Assembly: GCA_963717505.1 (NCBI GenBank)
Contig: OY970342.1
Location: 1,344,001 to 1,408,000, forward strand
Source of the DNA: Candidatus Eiseniibacteriota bacterium
GTDB lineage: Bacteria; Eisenbacteria; RBG-16-71-46
Direction: 5' to 3'
DNA length: 64,000 nucleotides
The translations under genes were made by a program, and so were the position numbers. Below, one piece after another: positions 19,701 through 28,670 of the stretch. The notes below the pieces were generated by a model, which was given only the letters and a program-made list of their open reading frames with translations, did no database searches and was not told the origin of the DNA. Position 1 is the stretch's first letter. Each line of letters begins with the position of its first letter.

Positions 19701-22700
19701 ATCACGCCTTCGTCGGTGAACACCCCGGGGACGACGGTGACCGCGGCGGTCGCAGCGTTCGACGCCACGACCACGCCGTTGCTCTGGTTGAGGCCCGAAA
19801 CCGTCGCGCTTGCCGGCCGCTCGGAGCGCTCGGCGCCGGCGCCGACTTCGGCGCGGAAGGTCAGCGCGACCGTGCGGCCAGGCGCGATGTTGCCCAGGGA
19901 GTAGCGAAGCACGGGTCCCGGGCTGCCGGCAGGGTCGGCCACCGTGGCGCCGTCCATCTGCGAAGTGCCCGGCCGGTACGCCACCCCCGACGGAAGCTCG
20001 ATCACCGCCTCGGTCGAGAGCACGGTCGCGACCCCCGTGCTCGCCACCGAAAGCTGGTAGTTCAGGAGATCGCCGATCTCGACTTCGCTGGGGGAGGCGG
20101 CGAGCGCCACCGCCAGCGTTCCTTCGCCCGCGACGTTCGTGACGCTGACCACGCGGTTGTTGCTCGGATTCGCATCGCCACCTCCGCTCAGCACCGCCGA
20201 GTTCACGACCTGGGGCACCGCAGCAGCACCCACCGCGACCTGGATCTCGAACGTCGTGCTGTCGCCCTGGGCGAACAAATCCGTCGTGGTGGCGGTGACC
20301 ACGTTGCCCGAGGTCGCGAACGACCAACCACTGCCGGTGCCGACGCTGAAGGTGAGTCCCGCGGGCAACGTGTCGCGCACCGTGATCGTGCTTCCAGTCG
20401 TTGCGGTGCCGACGTTGCGCACGGTGAACGCGAAGGTTCCGATTTCGCCGACCCGGAACGCCGGAGTCGGCCGTGCGAACAGGGCCAGGTCCGCGGCGCC
20501 GACCACCACCGTCAAGTCCTCGTCGCCGTTGTTCTCGGGCGTCAGGTCGAAGTCGGTCACCACCACCGCGCGATTGACGATCGAAGGCGGCGTCGTGGGG
20601 GCGATGCCCACGGTCATCGAGAAGAAGGAAGGCGTGCCGGGCGCGATCAGGTTCGAGGTGACCGCGTTGACCACATTGCCCGCCGTCGTGAACGACCAGC
20701 CGGATCCCGACCCTGATATGAACGCCAGCCCCGGGGGCAGCGTGTCGATGACCGTGGACGGGCCGAAGGTCGGAGTCGTTCCCAGATTCTGGACGATGAA
20801 TTCGTAGCGTGCGTTACCGCCGACCAGGAACACGTCGGTATGTCGCTTGTCGAGCGTCAGGTCGGGCGAGCCCGCGACCACGGTGAGGTCGGTCGAGCCG
20901 TTGTTGTCGGTATTGAGATCGCCGTCGACCGCCGCGAACGCCGTGTTCTGGACCGAAGGCAACGCCAGAGGCCCGACTTGAACGGTGATGCTGCAAATCA
21001 CCAGCGCGTTCGGCGCCACCGGCGCGTCGTAGATCGCGATGACGTCGACGTCGTCGATGAACGTCCAGCCGGCGCCGCTGCCGGAAACGAAGTCGAGTCC
21101 CGCCGGCAGCGTGTCGCGGATGGTGATCGGTCCGGTGGTCGGCGAGGCGCCGCGATTCTGGAGCAGGAACTGGTAGACGCCGGTCGAGCCGACCTGGAAG
21201 ACGCCGACGTGCCGCTTGACCATGGACAGATCGGGTGGCCCGATCACCGGCGCCACGTCCACGTCGCGGTCGTTGGTTGGATTCGTGTCCCCCGCCGTGG
21301 TCACGGACGCGCTGTTGGTCACCGAAGGCAACGCGGCGATCGTCGGGCGGACCGTGATCGCGATGCTCGTCCCGTCGCCCTCGCCCAGCGGATTGTCATG
21401 GGTCGCGGTCACCACTTGGCCGTTGGCGACAAGGGTCCAACCCAGGCCCACCCCGCGGACGAACTGAAGGGACGCGGGCAGGGTGTCGGTCACGGTGATC
21501 GTCCCGGTGGTCGACCCCAGGCCTTCGTTGGCGACCACAATCGTGTAGTCGCCTTCGACACCGACGGTGAACGCCCCGTGACGCTTGTCGATCGACAGAT
21601 CGGGGGGGCCGCCGACCGGGGTGACCACCACCGCGCGATTGTTGGCCGGATTCGAATCGCCGGTCATGCTCACCACCGCGGAGTTGATCACCGATGGGTA
21701 GGCGGAGGGCTGAACGTCGACCGTGAAGGCGAAGCCCGAGCTGTCCTGTTGCGCGATCAGCAGGTCGATCGGCAACGTCGCGGTCACCACCTGGCCGCTG
21801 GTGGTCACGGTCCAGTCGCTCACGGGCGCCGAAACGAACGTCAGTCCTACCGGCAGGGTGTCGCGCACCGTGATCGCATTCGCGGTCACGGCGGTGCCGA
21901 CGTTGTGGACCGTCAGCGTGTAGGAGCCCACGCCGCCCATGACGAACGGCGCGTCATGACGCTTGGTGATCGTCAGATCCGGCCGTCCGATGACCACGGT
22001 GTTGTCTGCCGAGAAGTTGTTGTTGGGATTCTGGTCGTTGGCCGCGAGCAGCGTGGCGCTGTTGACCACGAACGGCACGGCGGCGGCGCCGACCCCGACG
22101 GTGAGCGTTGCGAACGACACACCACCCGGCAGCAGCGGCCCCGGATTGGTTGCGGTCACGATGCCGCCGGATTCGCTGAACGACCACCCGGTGCCCGAAC
22201 CCCCCACGAAGCTCAAACCGGCGGGCAGGGTGTCGAGGAGGGTGAGCGTGCCGAACGACTGCGTCGGGCCGTTGTTCTCGATGACGAAGTTGTAAGCGGC
22301 GTTCGAGCCATCGATGAACAGGGCGGTGTGGCTCTTGGTCAGCCGCAGCTCGGGAAGACTCAAGACCCGGGTCGAGTCGCGGTCGCGGTTGTTGGCGGTG
22401 TTGCCGTCGAGGTTGGTGACGACCGTCGCGGCGTTCACCACCAGCGGCACCGCGGCGTCGCCCGAGGGGTTGACGGTGAGCGTGAACTTGGCGCTGTCGC
22501 CGGCCGCGATGGTGTCGGCGTGGATCGCGGTGACGATGCTGCCGACGGCGCTGACCGCCCAACCCGTGCCCGATCCGCTGACGAACGAGATCCCGGGCGG
22601 CAGGGTGTCGCGCACCGTGGTCGCTGCGCGCGTGGAACCCAGACCGACGTTGGTCGCCACCAGGGTGTAGGAGCCGTTGACCCCGGCTCGGAAGTTCAGG

Positions 22701-24715
22701 AGATGGCGCTTGTCGATCGTCAGATCCGGCGGCCGGACGACGTTGGTCGGGTCTGCGTCGTAGTTGTTGGTCGCATTCACGTCGCCCGGAGTCGAGACCG
22801 CGGCGGAGTTGATCACCTGCGGGACGGCGGCGGCGGTGGCCCGTACCGTCACATTGAGCAGCAGGACGCCACCGGTGTTGATCGGTCCCGGGTGCGTCGC
22901 GACCATCGCGCCACTCGCGAAGCTGAAGATCCAGCCGGCGGGACCGCCGGTCACGAATGTGAGCCCGGCGGGCAGCGTGTCGCGCACGGTGATCGGGCCG
23001 GTGGTCGTCGCGGAGCCGACGTTGCGGAGCTCGAATTCGTAGATGTGATTGCCGCCAACCACGAAGTCGCCGGTGTGTCGCTTGTCGAGCGACAGGTCGG
23101 GGACGCCGCCCACCGGGGTGACCACCACGGCGCGATCGTTCGCCGGGTTGGGATCGCCGGTCATGCTTGCGACCGCGGAGTTGGTCACCGACGGCACCGC
23201 TGCCGGCGCGACGTCGACCGTGATGTTGAAGCTCGAGCTGTCGCCCGCGGCGATCGCAACGCTGGTGGTCGCGGTCACGACCGGCCCGCTCGCGCTCACG
23301 AGCCAGTCAGCGCCCGAGGCGGTGGCGAAGCTGAGGCCTGGGGGCAGCGTGTCCACCACCGTGATCGAGTTCGCGGTCACGGCGCTGCCGGCGTTGTGAA
23401 CCGTCAGCGTGTACGCCCCGGTGCTCCCCAGGACGAAAGGTGAATCGTGGCGCTTGGCGAGGGCGAGATCCGGCTGTCCGACGACGACGGCACTGTCCGT
23501 CGCGCGGTTGTCGATTGGGTTGACCTCGTTCGCGACCACGACCGTGGCGGCATTGACCACGAGCGGCACCGCCAGAGGTCCGACCGCAACCGTGAGTGAG
23601 GTGGGCAACGTACCCCCCGGAAGCACGGGCCCGAGATGGGTTCCGGTCACCACACCGCCGGTCTCGCTGTAGGCCCAACCGGCGCCCGAGCCGCCGACGA
23701 ACGTCAGGCCGGCCGGCAACGTGTCGAGGATCGTGATCGCGCCAAACGTCCGGGTGCTGCCGTTGTTCTGAATCAGGAAGTCATAGGTCGCGTTCGTCCC
23801 GTCGATGAAGTTGCCGGTGTGCTGCTTGGTGAGGCTCAGGTCCGGCAAGCTCAGCACGTTCGTCGGATCCACGTCGCGATTGTTGGCGAGGTTGGCCTCG
23901 CCGGGGGTCACCACGGTCGCCGCGTTGACCACCTGGGGCACGGCGGCGTCGCCCGATGGGTTGACGGTGAGCGTGATGCTGGCACTGTCGCCGGGCGCGA
24001 GGGTGGCCGCATACACGGCGGTGACCACGCCGCTGCTCTCGCCCACCGACCAGCCGGCGCCGCCGCCGCTCACGAACACCACGCCGGCCGGCAGCGTGTC
24101 GGTGACCGTGGTGGCCGCCGTGGTCGGACCGCTGCCGATGTTCGAGACGACCAAGGTGTAGGTGCCGTCCTGGCCGGCGAAGAAATCCACCTCGTGACGT
24201 TTGTCGATCGAGAGGTCCGGCGGCTCGATGACCGTGGTCGGGTCCGCGTCGTAGTCGTTGGCCGCGTTCACGTCGCCGGGGGTCGAGACCACGGCCGAGT
24301 TGGTCACGGCCGGCGCGGCCGCGGCGTTGACCCGCACCGTGACGCTCAGCAGCAGGACGCCGCCGGGGTCGATCGGGCCGGCGTGGGTCGCGACCAGCGC
24401 ACCGCCGGAGAAACTGAAGTTCCAGCCCGAGGGTCCGCCGGTGATGAACGTGAGCCCGGTGGGCAGGGTGTCTCGTACGGTGATCGTGCCCGTGGTCGCC
24501 ACGGTCCCCACGTTGCGCAGGACGAACTCGTAGAAGTGGTTGCGGCCGACCACGAAGTCGCCGCTGTGTCGCTTGTCGATCGACAGGTCCTGCGCGAACG
24601 ACACCCCGGTCGCGCCGAGCACGGCGAACACCGCCAGCGCGAGCGCCAGCCGGCGACCCGTCACGAGTCGCGGACGCGGACTTGTCGGTGTCACGAACGT
24701 GCGTTCGTGGACCAT
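16763..24715 (-). CDS. Giant surface protein: signal peptide, 13 DUF11 Ig-like repeats, SdrD-B/Cna-B-like domain and C-terminal outer-membrane beta-barrel-like region (start uncertain)
   Basis: Repeats DLxxxK...Y...N.G...V.DTLP.GL.F...N.A.V. SdrD-B-like IAGRVFLDRDCNG...GIPGVRLYLEDG...TDVEGKYHF. Amphipathic strands end GYNVFGF...FFVDLGFKF. Confidence 0.85.
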   Translation of the reverse strand: MVHERTFVTPTSPRPRLVTGRRLALALAVFAVLGATGVSFAQDLSIDKRHSGDFVVGRNHFYEFVLRNVGTVATTGTITVRDTLPTGLTFITGGPSGWNFSFSGGALVATHAGPIDPGGVLLLSVTVRVNAAAAPAVTNSAVVSTPGDVNAANDYDADPTTVIEPPDLSIDKRHEVDFFAGQDGTYTLVVSNIGSGPTTAATTVTDTLPAGVVFVSGGGAGWSVGESSGVVTAVYAATLAPGDSASITLTVNPSGDAAVPQVVNAATVVTPGEANLANNRDVDPTNVLSLPDLSLTKQHTGNFIDGTNATYDFLIQNNGSTRTFGAITILDTLPAGLTFVGGSGAGWAYSETGGVVTGTHLGPVLPGGTLPTSLTVAVGPLAVPLVVNAATVVVANEVNPIDNRATDSAVVVGQPDLALAKRHDSPFVLGSTGAYTLTVHNAGSAVTANSITVVDTLPPGLSFATASGADWLVSASGPVVTATTSVAIAAGDSSSFNITVDVAPAAVPSVTNSAVASMTGDPNPANDRAVVVTPVGGVPDLSLDKRHTGDFVVGGNHIYEFELRNVGSATTTGPITVRDTLPAGLTFVTGGPAGWIFSFASGAMVATHPGPINTGGVLLLNVTVRATAAAVPQVINSAAVSTPGDVNATNNYDADPTNVVRPPDLTIDKRHLLNFRAGVNGSYTLVATNVGLGSTRAATTVRDTLPPGISFVSGSGTGWAVSAVGSIVTAIHADTIAAGDSAKFTLTVNPSGDAAVPLVVNAATVVTNLDGNTANNRDRDSTRVLSLPELRLTKSHTALFIDGSNAAYNFVIENNGPTQSFGTLTLLDTLPAGLSFVGGSGTGWSFSESGGIVTATNPGPLLPGGVSFATLTVGVGAAAVPFVVNSATLLAANDQNPNNNFSADNTVVIGRPDLTITKRHDAPFVMGGVGSYTLTVHNVGTAVTANAITVRDTLPVGLTFVSAPVSDWTVTTSGQVVTATLPIDLLIAQQDSSGFAFTVDVQPSAYPSVINSAVVSMTGDSNPANNRAVVVTPVGGPPDLSIDKRHGAFTVGVEGDYTIVVANEGLGSTTGTITVTDTLPASLQFVRGVGLGWTLVANGQVVTATHDNPLGEGDGTSIAITVRPTIAALPSVTNSASVTTAGDTNPTNDRDVDVAPVIGPPDLSMVKRHVGVFQVGSTGVYQFLLQNRGASPTTGPITIRDTLPAGLDFVSGSGAGWTFIDDVDVIAIYDAPVAPNALVICSITVQVGPLALPSVQNTAFAAVDGDLNTDNNGSTDLTVVAGSPDLTLDKRHTDVFLVGGNARYEFIVQNLGTTPTFGPSTVIDTLPPGLAFISGSGSGWSFTTAGNVVNAVTSNLIAPGTPSFFSMTVGIAPTTPPSIVNRAVVVTDFDLTPENNGDEDLTVVVGAADLALFARPTPAFRVGEIGTFAFTVRNVGTATTGSTITVRDTLPAGLTFSVGTGSGWSFATSGNVVTATTTDLFAQGDSTTFEIQVAVGAAAVPQVVNSAVLSGGGDANPSNNRVVSVTNVAGEGTLAVALAASPSEVEIGDLLNYQLSVASTGVATVLSTEAVIELPSGVAYRPGTSQMDGATVADPAGSPGPVLRYSLGNIAPGRTVALTFRAEVGAGAERSERPASATVSGLNQSNGVVVASNAATAAVTVVPGVFTDEGVIAGRVFLDRDCNGDRAQNGEDLGIPGVRLYLEDGSSAITDVEGKYHFNHVRPQLHVVRVDESTLPAGARMVPAANRHGDDGASRFVDLKRGELHRADFVEGSADTAVANAVRRRHRGGEVAGPLGPGNAPANAEPATAAESAGGSPRADGPRAGEPSLLAMGLVQARLDVHSLTESELNGARHDRFEEELRDLTVESDDGATSAGVRAAVFATGTVADSIRVSLGYDTERKPERRLFRDIRPHENYEILGDASVHGFEAQTASRLYARVERGTAAFLFGDFETPASEARELGSFSRRLTGGVATWHGAPVAGIATQAAGFASEGIQRQVVDEIRAMGTSGPYSLSHPDPTIGGERIEILVRDRNQPARLLRSDLKLRFLDYTIEPFTGRILFRAPIPSVDADLNPVSIRVTYERSDEGERFWVYGAEGRLRPGAFSIGGSASRDEDPLSPRALVSGDVGYTLGERLTVTAEAARSDSGGTFGDGAKFGDSGRIEARYTQKLIQAEAHALYTEPGFDNPSSAVVPGRRELGLTARAGVDTATSAFFQALDTRDVVTGGYRRGYDMGAEYETDFGLGALVGYRSAIETQNPASPATADAAPLKVRTLRGRLSYELPRYWRSSVFAEHEEDIHTGSQHRTSFGGDVHLTEKTRGYVKYEDISSLAGPFALNPDQRQRTTVFGLASQELRDGQVFTEYRLRDAFAGREAQAAMGLRNRWTPSEGFHVDASYERVAVLYGGVGLATAVTGGLEYVRDPRWKGAGRLEYRTQLGTEQWLTTAAATRKLTRDWAALGRVVWLAVPDEVRVDGRANIGLAFRETDRNQWNGLARYETRHQKAGGVDPFRRIAHIVSAHADYKPVPRWTFTGQFAGKWQRDVVEVASSYTVSQLVAGRMLVDLNRRLDAGLTGRGMFSGGGEYGIGGELGWLAARNLRVAAGYNVFGFHADDLDALGSTDHGFFVDLGFKFDQSLFGIGAPSGSGSTP
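19740..24589 (-). repeat. Array of 13 DUF11 repeats (~370 bp each) containing a duplicated four-repeat block (~1.49 kb)
   Basis: Repeats 1-4 pair with repeats 5-8 by specific motifs: GGVLLL, NPSGDAAVP, FIDGxNAxY and TANxITV. Confidence 0.85.
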
Positions 24716-24878
24716 GGGTGGATCATGAGTTGGGACGGGGAGGGGGTGTCGCGCGGGCGGCGCCGCACGTTGTAGGAGTGGCGAAGGTTTCCGGTGATCC
24801 TCGGCACCGCCCGAAAGGCCGAACGCAGCCGGGACCACGCCGGGCGGACCCGATGAACATGATACATTGCCAGCCCGA

Positions 24879-26543
24879 ATGAAACCCATTGGCGATATCG
24901 CGCAGGGCCTGGGTTTGGGCGCCCACGACTTCGAGCCTTATGGCCGTTACAAGGCCAAGATCGCTCTGCCAGCCCTGGAACGAGCCGGGGCCTTCACCCA
25001 TGGAGCCACGCCCGCCGCCGGCTCCGCCGGCCGGTTGATCCTGGTTTCGGCGATCACCCCGACCCCGGCCGGCGAAGGCAAGACCACCTGCTCGATCGGC
25101 CTGGCTCAGGGCCTCGCTCGCCTCGGCCGGCGGAGTGCGGTCGCTCTGCGCGAGCCCTCGCTCGGGCCCTATCTCGGAATGAAGGGCGGCGGCACCGGCG
25201 GCGGTCGCTCTCAGGTTGTTCCCGCGGACGACATCAACCTGCATTTCACCGGCGACATCCACGCGGTCTCGAGCGCCCACAACCTGCTGGCCGCACTGCT
25301 CGACAACCACCTGCATCACGGCAACGCCCTGGGACTCGACTCCCGTCGCGTGCTGTGGCGTCGGGTCATGGACATGAACGACAGGGCACTGCGCGACATC
25401 GTGATCGGCCTCGGCGGCTTCCGCGAGGGCGTGCCGCGCGAGACCGGGTTCGACATCAGTGCCGCGAGCGAAGTCATGGCGATCCTGTGCCTGGCGCGCA
25501 GCATCGAGGACTTGAAGGAGCGCCTGGCGCGCATCGTGGTCGGTTTCCGCTCCGATGGCTCGCCGGTGTGCGCGCGCGATCTGAATGCGGTCGGCGCCAT
25601 GGCGGCGCTGCTGCACGACGCGATCAAGCCCAACCTGGTCCAGACGATCGAGGGCGTGCCTGCGATGGTTCACGGCGGACCGTTCGCCAACATCGCGCAC
25701 GGCACCAATTCGATCACCGCCACGCGTTTCGCGCTCGCACACGCCGAAGTGGTGGTGACCGAGGCCGGCTTCGCGTTCGAGCTGGGCGCCGAGAAGTTCT
25801 TCGATATCAACTGTAGGTATGGCGGCTTCGCGCCGTCGTGCACCGTATTGGTCGCCACCCTGCGCGCACTCAAGATGCACGGCGGCGTGCCGCTCGCCAA
25901 GATCGGCGAGCCCGACGCCGACGCGGTCGCCCGCGGCATGGCCAACCTCGAGAAGCACGTCGAGAACATCCGAAAGTTCGAGCAGCCGTGCGTCGTGGCG
26001 ATCAATCACTTCCCGCAGGACACGGCGGCCGAGGCGGAAGTGGTCCGTGCCGGGTGCGCGGCACTCGGTCTCGAGGCCGTGGTCGCGAAGCCGTTCACCG
26101 AGGGCGGCGACGGCTGCCGCGACCTGGCCGCGGCGGTGTGGTCGGTGGCGACGCGGTCGGAGCCGCACTTCCGCCCCCTCTACGACTGGTCGGACTCGAT
26201 CGAGAACAAGATCCTCACCGTCGCCCACGAGATGTACGGCGCCGAAGCCGTGGACTACCCGACACGCGCGCAGCGGGACCGGGCCCATCTCGAGAAGCTC
26301 GGGTTCGGGCGGCTGCCGGTGTGCATCGCCAAGACTCAGCAATCCCTTTCCGACAACCCCGCCCTGCTCGGCCGGCCGAAAGACTTCCTGGTCACCGTGC
26401 GCGAGATCCAGCTGGCCGCCGGGGCCGGATTCATCGTTCCGATCACCGGCGAGATCCTGCGCATGCCGGGGTTGCCGAAGGAGCCTCTGGCCTCGCGCTT
26501 CGATCTGAGTGAAGCCGGTGAGGTCGAACTCCAGCAGGCGTGA
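24879..26543 (+). CDS. fhs: Formate--tetrahydrofolate ligase
   Basis: TPTPAGEGKTT, LREPSLGP, INLHFTGD, HGGPFANIAHG and MPGLPKEP. Confidence 0.97.
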   Translation: MKPIGDIAQGLGLGAHDFEPYGRYKAKIALPALERAGAFTHGATPAAGSAGRLILVSAITPTPAGEGKTTCSIGLAQGLARLGRRSAVALREPSLGPYLGMKGGGTGGGRSQVVPADDINLHFTGDIHAVSSAHNLLAALLDNHLHHGNALGLDSRRVLWRRVMDMNDRALRDIVIGLGGFREGVPRETGFDISAASEVMAILCLARSIEDLKERLARIVVGFRSDGSPVCARDLNAVGAMAALLHDAIKPNLVQTIEGVPAMVHGGPFANIAHGTNSITATRFALAHAEVVVTEAGFAFELGAEKFFDINCRYGGFAPSCTVLVATLRALKMHGGVPLAKIGEPDADAVARGMANLEKHVENIRKFEQPCVVAINHFPQDTAAEAEVVRAGCAALGLEAVVAKPFTEGGDGCRDLAAAVWSVATRSEPHFRPLYDWSDSIENKILTVAHEMYGAEAVDYPTRAQRDRAHLEKLGFGRLPVCIAKTQQSLSDNPALLGRPKDFLVTVREIQLAAGAGFIVPITGEILRMPGLPKEPLASRFDLSEAGEVELQQA

Positions 26544-26554
26544 ACGGAGGTCCG

Positions 26555-27178
26555 ATGACGACGCCGAACCCCACGCGCAAGAGCCACTCCAACTTCATCT
26601 CCTCCACGATCGTCGGCGGTTTGCTGGTCGTGCTGCCGATCGCGCTTTCCCTGTTCGTCGTGCTCAAGTTGATCGATTTCGTCCGCGAGATCCTGAAGCC
26701 GTTGGCTTCGATGTTGCCGGCGGACGCGAACTTCCAGAGTCTGATCGCCCTGCTATTGGTGATCGTCTTTTGCTTCCTGATTGGGCTGCTGGCGCGCAGC
26801 ACCTGGGGCGCAACCCTGATCGGCTGGGGAGAAAAGATGTTGTCGGTGGTGCCCGGCTACCGCAGCCTGCGAACGATCATTCACAGCGTCTTCGGCTCGC
26901 CGATCGCCGAGGGGTGGGCGCCGGCGTTGATCCTGACCGACGAAACCGAGCAGCCGGGATTCGTGATCGAGCGGCACGATGACGGCAAGTTCACCGTGTT
27001 CGTGCCGGGCGCGCCGACGCCGATGTCGGGCGACGTGCACGTCATCGACGGATGGCGCGTGAAGCTGGTGGAGGCGAGCACGCCCGAGATCCTCCGGGTC
27101 CTGACCCGCTTCGGCGTCGGCGGCGAGCGGGTGAAACAGGCGGCCCGTCCGCCCGAGGGAACTCCGCCCGGCGACTGA
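26555..27178 (+). CDS. DUF502 membrane protein
   Basis: GLLVVLPI, two TM segments, VPGYR and VFVPGAPTPMSG. Confidence 0.8.
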   Translation: MTTPNPTRKSHSNFISSTIVGGLLVVLPIALSLFVVLKLIDFVREILKPLASMLPADANFQSLIALLLVIVFCFLIGLLARSTWGATLIGWGEKMLSVVPGYRSLRTIIHSVFGSPIAEGWAPALILTDETEQPGFVIERHDDGKFTVFVPGAPTPMSGDVHVIDGWRVKLVEASTPEILRVLTRFGVGGERVKQAARPPEGTPPGD

Positions 27179-27273
27179 AATCGGCGTCTGCCAACGGTCC
27201 GTACGAGGTGGGCGCCGATTGCGGTAGTCTCGCGGCACGAAGTCGTCCCCACCTCTCACCCAGGAGATCCACC

Positions 27274-27765
27274 ATGACTCGCACGTCACCCGTCTCGGCC
27301 ATTCGCCTTTCGGTGGCGACCGCGTTCGCCACCGCCCTGGTCATGTTCCTTGGGTTCACGGCGCAGCCCGCATCCGCAGGGCCGGTTGGCTTTCAGGCTT
27401 CGGGCGGTTGGTTCACGGAGACCGAAGAGGCCTTCCTCGGGGCCGGCCTGCGCTTCGGTCTCGGCACCATCACCGTGATCCCCAACGCCGAATGGTTGTT
27501 CGTCGACAGCGGGTCGGCGTACACGATCAACCTCGATGCCACTCTGAGCGTTCTGCCCCTGGGGGTGGCCAACGGCTACCTCGGTGCCGGCGTGGGCTGG
27601 TTTACCCTCGATCCCGATCGGGGCGACAGCAACACCGAAACCGCGGCCAACCTGATTGCCGGGGCGGGATTCAATGCGATCCCACTCAAGCCCTTCGGTC
27701 AGTTCAAGTGGATCGTGGTGGACGGTGACGATCCGATGGTGTTTTCGGCAGGGGTGCGCTTCTAG
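27274..27765 (+). CDS. Small outer-membrane beta-barrel protein
   Basis: AGGAG RBS, signal peptide, alternating strands and C-terminal FSAGVRF. Confidence 0.7.
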   Translation: MTRTSPVSAIRLSVATAFATALVMFLGFTAQPASAGPVGFQASGGWFTETEEAFLGAGLRFGLGTITVIPNAEWLFVDSGSAYTINLDATLSVLPLGVANGYLGAGVGWFTLDPDRGDSNTETAANLIAGAGFNAIPLKPFGQFKWIVVDGDDPMVFSAGVRF

Positions 27766-28670
27766 ACGCGATCGCGAACACGGGCCTCGGCCGGCACCAG
27801 GATCTCGCGCACGCAGTCGGCCAGCGCGGCGTTGGTCGCGATCGCGTCCCCGCCGAACGGCGTGCGCTCACCGCGCCAGTCGGTGAGCACGCCGCCGGCT
27901 TCCTCGAGGATTGGAACGAAGGGAGCAGCGTCCCAAGCCGAGAGCACATCGTCGACCATGACTTCGGCGCGGCCGGTCGCCACCAGCAAGTAGCCGTAGG
28001 CGTCGCCCCAGGTGCGCACCACCCCGGCGAAACGGGCCAGTTCGCCCCAGGCGTCGCGCCGTTCGTGGCGTTCGGGGAAGCGGCAGTCGGTCGCCAGCAC
28101 CGTGGCCCGCGCCAGTTCGACGACCTCGGAAACGCGGCACGCGCGGTCGTTCCACCAGCAACCCTGCCCGGTCTCGGCGACGACGATCTCGTCGAGCACG
28201 GGGAAGTAGGCGGCGCCGGCAAGGACCCGCTCGCCGGCATGGAGCGGTTGGAGCGGCGCGCGTGGTGCTAGGCGCCCGTTCCTGACGGCGGACGCGACGT
28301 CACCTGAAGACGGTCCGCCCGCTCGCGAGTCGAACGAGGCCGGATCGAGCGACCGTTCGGTGACCGCGACCAGGGTGCCCCACAAGGGAACGCCGCGAAC
28401 GAACGACTTGGTGCCGTCGATCGGATCCACGATCCAGCGGCGTGGGGCATCGGGGCGTGTCAGTCCCAGCTCCTCGCCTAGGATGCCGTCGTGGGGGAAG
28501 CGCTGCTCGATCCACTCGCGGGCCGCGACCTCCGCGGTTCGATCCGCAACCGTCACCGGACTGCCGTCGCGTTTTTCCTCGACCGCAATCTCGCGACCAA
28601 ACCAATCGAGTGCCGTTCGACCGGCGACTCTCGCGACTGTCGCGACCGCTTCCAGAACCGGGGAACGCAC
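27762..28670 (-). CDS. hisN: Inositol monophosphatase family histidinol-phosphatase, with a ~39-aa internal insertion
   Basis: DGSPVTVAD, GILGEE, WIVDPIDGTKSF and WDAAP motifs; directly downstream of hisA. Confidence 0.8.
   Translation of the reverse strand: MRSPVLEAVATVARVAGRTALDWFGREIAVEEKRDGSPVTVADRTAEVAAREWIEQRFPHDGILGEELGLTRPDAPRRWIVDPIDGTKSFVRGVPLWGTLVAVTERSLDPASFDSRAGGPSSGDVASAVRNGRLAPRAPLQPLHAGERVLAGAAYFPVLDEIVVAETGQGCWWNDRACRVSEVVELARATVLATDCRFPERHERRDAWGELARFAGVVRTWGDAYGYLLVATGRAEVMVDDVLSAWDAAPFVPILEEAGGVLTDWRGERTPFGGDAIATNAALADCVREILVPAEARVRDRV

Noticed and set aside
16685-23443. Very long opposite-strand or alternate-frame ORFs (e.g. 1343 aa, 867 aa, and similar ones elsewhere)
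   Set aside because: These are shadow ORFs of high-GC genes, with no recognisable motifs.
19740-24589. DUF11 repeats as a CRISPR-like array or DGR template/variable pair
   Set aside because: The repeats are coding and diverge throughout, with no spacers, no adenine-specific pattern and no cas or reverse transcriptase gene.
24879-26543. fhs as evidence for a Wood-Ljungdahl pathway
   Set aside because: No acs/cooS, folD or metF genes are nearby, and fhs alone is common in one-carbon metabolism.
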